A DNA stretch of 64,000 nt from Oscillospiraceae bacterium (GTDB taxonomy: Bacteria; Bacillota; Clostridia; Oscillospirales; Oscillospiraceae): positions 1,182 through 65,181 of the forward strand of contig CAJGCI010000002.1 of NCBI GenBank assembly GCA_904501855.1, written 5' to 3'. The notes under the pieces were generated by a model. It ran no database searches and was not told the origin of the DNA. It worked only from the letters and a program-made list of their open reading frames with translations. This document shows, piece by piece, positions 9,187 through 16,539 of the stretch. Each line of letters starts with the position of its first letter. The first letter of the stretch is position 1. A program made the translations under genes and the position numbers.

Positions 9187-10253
9187 TTGTTCTCCCCAAC
9201 TTCGTAGACCACAAAATCACGGTAGAAATAAGACTTTGTTGCCATGGTCTGCCGTTCGGACAGCTCTTTCAGATAACGGAACTCCGTTCCCGGCAGATAT
9301 CGGCGGTTCTGCATGTTGTAATAGGCAACGCGGGCACCGGGTACAGAAAGCTCCCGGAGTTTCTGAATGTTCTCTTCAAACTGTTCCTCGCTCATATATT
9401 CGAAAATATCGGAAAGGTTGAAGAATCCGTACCTGCCGTCAAGTTCCTGCAGGGTGCCTCGTTTCACTTCGATGCGGTCCAGCCGGCTGCGTATCGTTTC
9501 ATGAAACTGCTCCTGCAGATAATACGGGAGCGCGTCTTCGGTAAACTGATTGGTCAGGACATAGGTCATGTAGGGGTTGTTCCAGTTTGGAATCCTTCCC
9601 ATTCCGGAATCCGCTGTCTTCTTGATGTTGGATGCGCTGTTCTCCTTGTCCTCCACATAATTGTAAAATGCACGGTCGCGCCCCAGTTTTCCCATCATGC
9701 GGAAGCCGAAGAACACCTTGAATATCGCTTTCATCCTCCGGTTGTTGACCCAGCGGTCATAATACTTTTTCTGTGCTTCGATATCATGAAATGCGGCCAG
9801 TTTTGCCATTTTTCTTTTCGTTGTGAACAGCGGAACCACCCGGTCGCGGAAGATCTGAAAGTATCGTTCAAATTTTCCGATATGGACGATCCCTTTTTCA
9901 AAGAATTCCGGATGTTCGTAAAAGTACCGGAACGCTTCCGGATCCATCACCGGTTCCAGAGACTGAAACAGCGCCCAGGACCGCTCTGTCCCTCCGATTC
10001 CGAGGAGGGCCAGAAGATCTCTGTGACTGAGCATCTCAAATCCCGCTTTTTTCAGGTAAAAAAGATGGATCTGGGTCGGGTTGATATCAAATGCCGTTAT
10101 CGATTCCGGGTCTCCCAGCAGCATGGCGAGAGTATTGTCTCCTGCAGAAAGGATGGACGCTCCTCTCCGTCCCCGAATCTCCAGTGATTTCAGCAGATTT
10201 TCCGAGTCCTCCCAGCAGTTCGAATAACGTATAAAATCAAATTTCGCTTCCAT
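9183..10253 (-). CDS. DUF3419 / BtaA-like putative S-adenosylmethionine 3-amino-3-carboxypropyl transferase, operon gene 6
   Basis: N-terminal YSNCWEDSE followed by ILSAGDNTLAML, which resembles the BtaA/DUF3419 signature (xQCWEDP ... SxGxN). 356 aa. Confidence 0.65.
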   Translation of the reverse strand: MEAKFDFIRYSNCWEDSENLLKSLEIRGRRGASILSAGDNTLAMLLGDPESITAFDINPTQIHLFYLKKAGFEMLSHRDLLALLGIGGTERSWALFQSLEPVMDPEAFRYFYEHPEFFEKGIVHIGKFERYFQIFRDRVVPLFTTKRKMAKLAAFHDIEAQKKYYDRWVNNRRMKAIFKVFFGFRMMGKLGRDRAFYNYVEDKENSASNIKKTADSGMGRIPNWNNPYMTYVLTNQFTEDALPYYLQEQFHETIRSRLDRIEVKRGTLQELDGRYGFFNLSDIFEYMSEEQFEENIQKLRELSVPGARVAYYNMQNRRYLPGTEFRYLKELSERQTMATKSYFYRDFVVYEVGENK

Positions 10254-12804
10254 GTTGATGCCTCTCCAAAATCTCGATGGTTCCGTTGATGCCGTCTACC
10301 CGCACCTTGTCTCCGTCATGGATCTGCTCCGTCAGGCCGCGGACGCCCACCACAAGGGGTATGCCCATCTCCCGTGCGATTACGGCGGAATGGGACAGAA
10401 CGCTTCCCCGTTCGATAATGATTGCCTCTGCCATGGGGAACAGAATGGTCCATCCCGGATCGGTTCGCTTTGCCATCAGGATGTGACCTTGAAGGAACGG
10501 ATCTTCCGGATCCTCGACATAACAGACGATACCTTCTGTGGCCTTTCCTCCTCCGGCAACGCCCCGGAGCACACCTTCCTCCGGTGCTGTTTCCTGCTGG
10601 CTGTATATCGGGATCATGTTTTCTCTGCAGATATCTCCATAGAAATACATCCGCTCAAACGTTTCTTTTTTCTTGTTTTCGCGGTATTCTTCTTTTCTTC
10701 CTTCAATCCGCTGACGGACATCGTCGGTCAGCGTTCCCTGAACTATTTCCGTGATCTCATCCTTTTCCAGATAGAAGATATCCCGGTAATGGTCAATGCG
10801 TCCTTCCTGTTCAAAATTTCTTCCGATCCCGAGGAAGATATTTCGAACGATGTCATAGATATAGGTCCTTCTCAGACGAAGCCGTTCCCGGTTACGTATA
10901 AAGAATTTGGTAATTCGGATGAGCAGCCGGACTTTCGGCCGTTCCAGCGGCTTGTAACACTGATAGATCTGCTGTTCCCGGTCTTCACCCGGTGTGTTTT
11001 CCTGCCCGAGGTTTTTTGCCGGATTCATTGCCAGATAGTTTTTTATCGTCTGGAACAGAAATGCCGGATCCTCCGTCATGGTGATGGTCTCAAGTTTCAG
11101 CTCATCCATGCTGCGGGATCCGAATCGGCGGATATAGTCCTTCAGCTTTTCCGCGATCTCGCTTCCGTCCTCCAGAGAAAACTCGTCATTCAGAACGCGC
11201 TGTTTCAGATCGCTGTCCCCGCGGATTTCTTCCACGATATCCAGCAGATCTGTCGTCTGCTTTGCGCTCTCAACATTTCCCTGACGGCTGAGCACGCTGC
11301 TCAGCGCGCCTTCACTGTCCGGGACACCGTGCTGCTGCAGGCTGTCCGTCAGCTTTCCGTAGAACACCATCGCGCCCATGTCATTCCCAATGGGCGTGGT
11401 AAATTCGTCCAGGATCTTTTCCTCCAGTTCTCCGTAGATTCCCAGTAGATCCTGACTGCTCAAGCCTTCAAATCTCTGATTCTGATATGGGCCTGTCACT
11501 TCTTCAAACCGGCGGAGAAACGCATCGCTGTCTTTCTTCATCCGGATCATTTTCTTCAAAAACTGCCGGTGGATCCTTGCTGCTCGTTCATTTGCCTGTT
11601 CCTCGGTTTCGACCAGCGGGACTTTAACTCCCATCATCTTCTCCATGTATCCCTTGTTCTTATCGTATCCCGGATACAGAGAAGTCATCCGATACCAGCT
11701 GTTCAGCTTGTAGTAGACCTTGTTTTCAAAAAAGACCAGCATGTTATTCAGATCATCATCCACATCACGAAGGACATCCTCGCTGACCAGAAAATTTCTG
11801 GCTGTCTGGTGATAGATCTTTCCGTATACTTCCTTTGCAAAGGTAAATGTCAGCGGTGTGGTCACACCGGAATAGCTCTCAATGATATTGGAATTGTCCA
11901 GGATCGTGCGCGGCTTCCGAAGATCCAGATGGCTGTATGCTGTAATGGCACGGCACTGCAGAAACCATATCGCGGAATCCTTTATGGCAAACTCCATGTC
12001 CTGACCCACTTTCGGATCATAACTGTCCTCTATGATCCTTGCCTGTCGGGCAAGTGTCCGGATTACATCCTCCGACAACCCGCTTTCCCCGTTTTTGAGG
12101 ATCTGTTCCTGCAGGTCGACAACATAATCCATGCTGTCTTTCTCGCCGGATACCAGCTGTTCGCCCAGGCCTTTCACGACGCTGATCAGTGTTTCATCGG
12201 GATTGTTCGTGTTGGGGTTGACCGTAAACAGAACCCCTGCATAATCCGCATCCACCATCTCCTGGATGATCACCGCAGCGGCGATCTCCCGGTTGATCAG
12301 ACCATGCTGCTGCCTGTAAGCCATGATACGGGGAGAGAAACAGGATCGGTAGCAGTCACAGATCGCCTTTTCGATCTCTTCTTCCGTGCTGACATTGAGC
12401 GTGGACTCCATCATTCCGGCAAAAGACTGATCTGCAGAGTCCTCATCCACGGCACTGGACCGCACAGCGACCTTCTCCGCACCGGCTAGTTCCTGTGTCA
12501 GGGCATCCTGAAGAAGATTCCTCTGCGCATCGGAAAAGCGGCAACGGTCTAGCAGTGCGAGGATCTTCTCCCTGGATTCCTCCTGATAATCGGCCAGAAG
12601 CCCCTCGTATTCCTCGCGGTGGTCTCCAAGAAACTCATAAAAGAACTCCGTAGTCAGACAGATCCATCGAGGCACGGAAATATCCGGAATGGTGTTCAGA
12701 TGTCCCAGATTATAGGCCTTTCCTCCTACTTTCCGCCGGGATAATTCTTCGCCTCTGCCATTCCAAATTGCGGTTTTTTCTGAATGGTTGTTCTTTCTTG
12801 ACAT
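10237..12804 (-). CDS. PEP-utilising / PPDK-N family phosphotransferase with rifampicin-phosphotransferase-like three-domain architecture, operon gene 5
   Basis: N-terminal ATP-grasp signature GGKAYNLGHL. The C-terminal swivelling phosphohistidine domain reads RTDPGW...ERGSVLSHSAVIAREMGIPLVVGV. 855 aa with a long central region and no recognisable PEP/pyruvate TIM barrel. Confidence 0.8.
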   Translation of the reverse strand: MSRKNNHSEKTAIWNGRGEELSRRKVGGKAYNLGHLNTIPDISVPRWICLTTEFFYEFLGDHREEYEGLLADYQEESREKILALLDRCRFSDAQRNLLQDALTQELAGAEKVAVRSSAVDEDSADQSFAGMMESTLNVSTEEEIEKAICDCYRSCFSPRIMAYRQQHGLINREIAAAVIIQEMVDADYAGVLFTVNPNTNNPDETLISVVKGLGEQLVSGEKDSMDYVVDLQEQILKNGESGLSEDVIRTLARQARIIEDSYDPKVGQDMEFAIKDSAIWFLQCRAITAYSHLDLRKPRTILDNSNIIESYSGVTTPLTFTFAKEVYGKIYHQTARNFLVSEDVLRDVDDDLNNMLVFFENKVYYKLNSWYRMTSLYPGYDKNKGYMEKMMGVKVPLVETEEQANERAARIHRQFLKKMIRMKKDSDAFLRRFEEVTGPYQNQRFEGLSSQDLLGIYGELEEKILDEFTTPIGNDMGAMVFYGKLTDSLQQHGVPDSEGALSSVLSRQGNVESAKQTTDLLDIVEEIRGDSDLKQRVLNDEFSLEDGSEIAEKLKDYIRRFGSRSMDELKLETITMTEDPAFLFQTIKNYLAMNPAKNLGQENTPGEDREQQIYQCYKPLERPKVRLLIRITKFFIRNRERLRLRRTYIYDIVRNIFLGIGRNFEQEGRIDHYRDIFYLEKDEITEIVQGTLTDDVRQRIEGRKEEYRENKKKETFERMYFYGDICRENMIPIYSQQETAPEEGVLRGVAGGGKATEGIVCYVEDPEDPFLQGHILMAKRTDPGWTILFPMAEAIIIERGSVLSHSAVIAREMGIPLVVGVRGLTEQIHDGDKVRVDGINGTIEILERHQHGSEI

Positions 12805-12852
12805 GCCTTGTCCGTTCCTTCCCGTTTTTCGTTCTTCATAGAAAATAGTTTT

Positions 12853-13338
12853 CTATTGCTCCGCCTCATTTTTGCGACGGCGCAGTTTGTACAAGTGAAA
12901 ACCTGCCGCGAGAACCAGACACACTCCCGCCGTGATCAGCGTCCGTTGGTCCTTCCATCCGAGATACATACTGAGATAGTAAAAGGTCAGAAGCGGCAGA
13001 AACAGCAGTTTCAGCGGCTCGACCCGGTTCATCCATGCCAGATATCCCAGCAGCAGAATGCTGGCCAGTCCGGGAATCCGGAAAAAAACAAGATGCAGCA
13101 GCAGAAAGACCGCCGCAAGTCCGATGATCAGGCTCCTCAGCTGCTGCCTGGTCAGCGGTTTTTCTTTTCTGTCCGTATCATAATCCAGATAGTCATCTGC
13201 CGCGCGTACCAGATAGAACGTACACAGGGCAACCGGGAGCATTTCCCAGCAGAAATGCCCCGTGACTATGCTGTAGAGGCCTGCGGCGATGACTGCCCCA
13301 ATGCCGTACACCCAGTAGTTCAGAAAGTACTTCGTCAT
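12853..13338 (-). CDS. Small polytopic membrane protein with a UbiA-like Asp-rich motif, operon gene 4
   Basis: 161 aa with 5-6 predicted TM segments. RAADDYLDYDTDRK fits DxxDxxxD, the first Asp-rich motif of UbiA-superfamily prenyltransferases. Its start overlaps the upstream stop by 4 nt. Confidence 0.55.
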   Translation of the reverse strand: MTKYFLNYWVYGIGAVIAAGLYSIVTGHFCWEMLPVALCTFYLVRAADDYLDYDTDRKEKPLTRQQLRSLIIGLAAVFLLLHLVFFRIPGLASILLLGYLAWMNRVEPLKLLFLPLLTFYYLSMYLGWKDQRTLITAGVCLVLAAGFHLYKLRRRKNEAEQ

Positions 13339-14390
13339 TTCCGTTTTCTCTTATAGAGCTCCGCCTTTGCCAGGAGAATGGTCGGGCTGACCTTTGCGTA
13401 CCTGCACAGTTCCTTCAGTTCTTCTTTCGGTTTTTCTACCATCTGTTCCTGCTCCAGCATCTCCAGCGCTTCCTCCCGGGACATCATTCCCATCCGTATC
13501 AGCACGCTGATCTCCGGCAGTCGGTGAGGCCTGCCCTCTGCACACTGATAGATATACTTTGTGGCATTGTGAATGGAGCAGTCATAGTGGTTATAGTCTT
13601 CGGGGGGCGTCCATCCTGTTTCCTCTTTCAGAAACCGGACGATCTCCTTTTCATCATATCGGTAATAGAGAAAATAGGGTACGAACTCCCGGAATTCAAT
13701 TCCATCCACCCCGTCGAACGCTATGCTCCGAATATCGTTGTAAATTCCTTCGTCCACTTTTTCCCGGACGCTTTCCAGCAGACCGGCATAGCTTTCCGCA
13801 ATGTCGATCTCGTGGATGCTCTTCAATCCCATGTCCACGAATCTGGTAAAGACATCATTGCCGTATCTTCGCAGCATCTGTTCCGGAGATCTGCCGTGAA
13901 CACACATACCTGCATCCACTTTTACGGCATAGTTGATCATCGCTGCATATCCCGTATAGGAACATGCGATACACGGAACCAGGAAATGCTTCATGGAATA
14001 ATGATACTGCCTCTGCTGCATGGCCCGGTCAAAAGTGATGTACTCGTGATCGACTCCGTATGTCCGCACCGTCTTGTCGATGTTCTTTTTGGCCTCCTTG
14101 GACAGAAAGCCGTTATCCAGTGTAAACGTGCAGACATGCAGACCGTGTTTTCGGACCAGCTCATGCAGGACAAATTCGCTGTCTTTTCCTCCGGAGATTC
14201 CCAGGGCTGCATCGTACCGGTGCTTGCCGCGCACTGCATCCACACGTTCCTGAAACAACTGGTGAAGTGCATTTTCATCCTCCAGTTGAGCTCCGATTTT
14301 CTCATAGTTTCGACAGAAGTTGCACACACCGGAGGAATCAAACGAGATCCCGCGGACAGTCTCGTCGTTCAGACATCTTTTACATCTCAT
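13335..14390 (-). CDS. PP-loop ATP pyrophosphatase, N-acetyl-sugar amidotransferase (WbpG/PseA-like) family, operon gene 3
   Basis: N-terminal Cys-pair ribbon CKRC...CNFC, followed by the PP-loop GISGGKDSEF. 351 aa. Confidence 0.75.
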   Translation of the reverse strand: MRCKRCLNDETVRGISFDSSGVCNFCRNYEKIGAQLEDENALHQLFQERVDAVRGKHRYDAALGISGGKDSEFVLHELVRKHGLHVCTFTLDNGFLSKEAKKNIDKTVRTYGVDHEYITFDRAMQQRQYHYSMKHFLVPCIACSYTGYAAMINYAVKVDAGMCVHGRSPEQMLRRYGNDVFTRFVDMGLKSIHEIDIAESYAGLLESVREKVDEGIYNDIRSIAFDGVDGIEFREFVPYFLYYRYDEKEIVRFLKEETGWTPPEDYNHYDCSIHNATKYIYQCAEGRPHRLPEISVLIRMGMMSREEALEMLEQEQMVEKPKEELKELCRYAKVSPTILLAKAELYKRKRK

Positions 14391-15277
14391 TCTGTCAGCT
14401 CCTTTACAAATACCGCATACCGTTTTTCCTGATCTTCCACAGTGCTGTCATAGCGTTTGAATGTGCTTCGCTGCTCACACTGGAAATGGTAGACGGTCTG
14501 GTCATAGCCCAGCTCTCGAACAAATTTTGTTCCGAAATACAGCAGTGCAACGTACAGTTTCTGCTTCTGAAACTCTTTCCGCACCCCTACCGTTTTCGAG
14601 ATATACTGAGCTGGATCGTATGGGTTTGCATAGCTCATCACATACCCGGCGGCTCTCCCGTCTTTAAAAGCTGCAAAAACATGGATCTCGGGAATCTTTT
14701 TGGTCCATTCCAGATAGATTTCCTGAAACACCTCAAAGGGAATCTCCGAATACAGAAGGCTTCCCTGAAACGCATCGATGGAGACATCAAAAATGTCTTT
14801 TACGATCTGATAGGATTCTTCTCCCCGGTAGAGTTTGAAGTCAAATCCTTCCTTCTGCTTTTTCCGGAAGATCTCTTCGCCGGACTCAAACAGAACATTG
14901 TTTGTGTTGATGTGAGCGCTTCGATAGGTGTACAGCTCCCGGTATCCCAGCTGTCGGATAAAATCAACATAGTACGGCGGGTTCTCGCAGTCGGGATAGT
15001 ATTTCTGATCATACTGGCTGATCGCCCATCGATAGCTCATCCACGTCGTATAATTCACCGGTCCGATCAGATGCTTCTGCCCCAGTTCCCGGGCTCTCGC
15101 TTCCACTTTTCGGAACAGCTCTTTCACTTCCTCCAGATCATCGGAAAATTCCGCAAATCCGAACATGCATGGGTACTCTTCCAGTTTGTTGTTAATGATC
15201 AGGTAACAGGAGGATCTTCCTTGCTCAAAGTATTCCTTGTAGTCTGCAAGCTGCAGGATGGCCAGTTCCTTATTCAT
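14387..15277 (-). CDS. Hypothetical protein, possibly a GNAT-fold acyltransferase, operon gene 2
   Basis: 296 aa. The C-terminal half contains a degenerate motif-A-like segment, VGVRKEFQKQKLYVALLY. There are no other strong motifs, so the assignment is weak. Confidence 0.45.
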   Translation of the reverse strand: MNKELAILQLADYKEYFEQGRSSCYLIINNKLEEYPCMFGFAEFSDDLEEVKELFRKVEARARELGQKHLIGPVNYTTWMSYRWAISQYDQKYYPDCENPPYYVDFIRQLGYRELYTYRSAHINTNNVLFESGEEIFRKKQKEGFDFKLYRGEESYQIVKDIFDVSIDAFQGSLLYSEIPFEVFQEIYLEWTKKIPEIHVFAAFKDGRAAGYVMSYANPYDPAQYISKTVGVRKEFQKQKLYVALLYFGTKFVRELGYDQTVYHFQCEQRSTFKRYDSTVEDQEKRYAVFVKELTE

Positions 15278-16359
15278 AGTAGTCCTCTCTCTCCTTCCTT
15301 CTGCTGAAAAAGATCCAGCAGGCGATTTGTGTTGATGAGAAGCTGTTCAATAAAATCAATTTCGATGGATTCGGAGACGATCCTCAGCAGGCTCAGTCTG
15401 TTGACGATGAACTCCCTGATACAGAAGAGTACCCGATCAAGGTATTCCTGTTCCGTCAGATCATACGGAGATTCTTCCCTCAGCCGGCAGTAGTACCGGT
15501 GAAGAAGCTCCCGGATCTCCTCATCCGAAACGGTCCCGCACTCATAAACAAGCAGTTCCGCAACGTCGTGCTCCGGAATCTGATAACAGGCCAGTTCAAA
15601 ATCATAAAACATGACCTCCTCTCCCTGAACAAAAAAGTTGCGGGATGAGAAATCATTGTGCGTCAGCGTTTTAAACGCGCTGTGGCGTTCCTCTTCCTCA
15701 TGGATCCTGTCAATAAAGGCGTGGATCTCTCGAATCCGTTCCGTTCCGTATGTGCGGTTGTTCTCTTCTTCCCGGAGATCAAACATCATATGAAGGCACG
15801 GTCTTGCTTTGTAATAGTCTCTGCTGCTGTATTTGTTCAGCTGGAGTTCTGCGGCCGCATCTTCCTTTCCCATATAGAAGATGTGAAACGGAAGGATCCG
15901 ATCCAGTACCGCCTGAAGATCCCCTGCATTCAGCTCTTTCTCTTTCCAGACATAGTACTTGAACAGCAGATTTCTCGTGCCGCTCCGGTGATCGTTGTAA
16001 CAACCGTAATAATCGATCATGGCATTTTTCAGCGACGGTTCGATCCCCCGGTAAAGAACATCTTCCCGGAGATAGCTTTGGTCATATCCCAGTACTTTCC
16101 TGTGAAGCAGCAGCTCCTTCATCAGCCGGAAATCTTTGCCGCTTACAAGATTGATGCCGTTCTTCACCACGTTGTTGGATTTGATCTTCATCAGCAGTTC
16201 CGCAGTCTTTCCGTCATCAAACTCAACATCGATATGGTAGATTCCGCAGCGCTTCAAGGCGACCAGATTGTTGATGCTGGATATCCCCTCCAGCTCTCTT
16301 TTTTCCATGTGCCGGATCTTTTTGTTCATGATCCGCGCAATCTGTTTTTCTTCCCTCAT
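15274..16359 (-). CDS. Protein-kinase-fold small-molecule phosphotransferase (APH / choline-ethanolamine kinase family), operon gene 1
   Basis: Catalytic loop LTHNDFSSRNFF (HxDxxxxN) and metal-binding YDFE. The ATG at 16359 is preferred because AGGAG lies 5 nt upstream; the ORF track extends to 16494, across a terminator. Confidence 0.7.
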   Translation of the reverse strand: MREEKQIARIMNKKIRHMEKRELEGISSINNLVALKRCGIYHIDVEFDDGKTAELLMKIKSNNVVKNGINLVSGKDFRLMKELLLHRKVLGYDQSYLREDVLYRGIEPSLKNAMIDYYGCYNDHRSGTRNLLFKYYVWKEKELNAGDLQAVLDRILPFHIFYMGKEDAAAELQLNKYSSRDYYKARPCLHMMFDLREEENNRTYGTERIREIHAFIDRIHEEEERHSAFKTLTHNDFSSRNFFVQGEEVMFYDFELACYQIPEHDVAELLVYECGTVSDEEIRELLHRYYCRLREESPYDLTEQEYLDRVLFCIREFIVNRLSLLRIVSESIEIDFIEQLLINTNRLLDLFQQKEGERGLL

Positions 16360-16482
16360 ATGGTTCTCCTGTGCGAGGTTTTTCTTTATATCTTTAAAAG
16401 ACGCAATAATAACCCATTTTTTCCTTTTTACCAAATTATTCTGTCTGATACAAGCGTTTGCCATATTTTCCCATGCAATATT

Positions 16483-16520
16483 AAAAAAGACCACCGTCAG
16501 CCGCCCGGCTGTCAGTGGTC
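16483..16520 (-). terminator. Intrinsic terminator after the DUF4914-like gene
   Basis: On the minus strand: gaccactgacagcc-gggc-ggctgacggtggtc (14-bp stem with one mismatch and one GU pair) followed by tttttt. Starts about 20 nt after the stop at 16540. Confidence 0.7.
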
Positions 16521-16539
16521 TTTGCTCTGTTTTTGGGGT

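Noticed and set aside
16360-16494. N-terminal 45-aa extension of the kinase ORF given in the ORF track (start at 16494)
   Set aside because: The extension runs into the intrinsic terminator of the upstream gene and has no RBS. The ATG at 16359 has AGGAG at ideal spacing.
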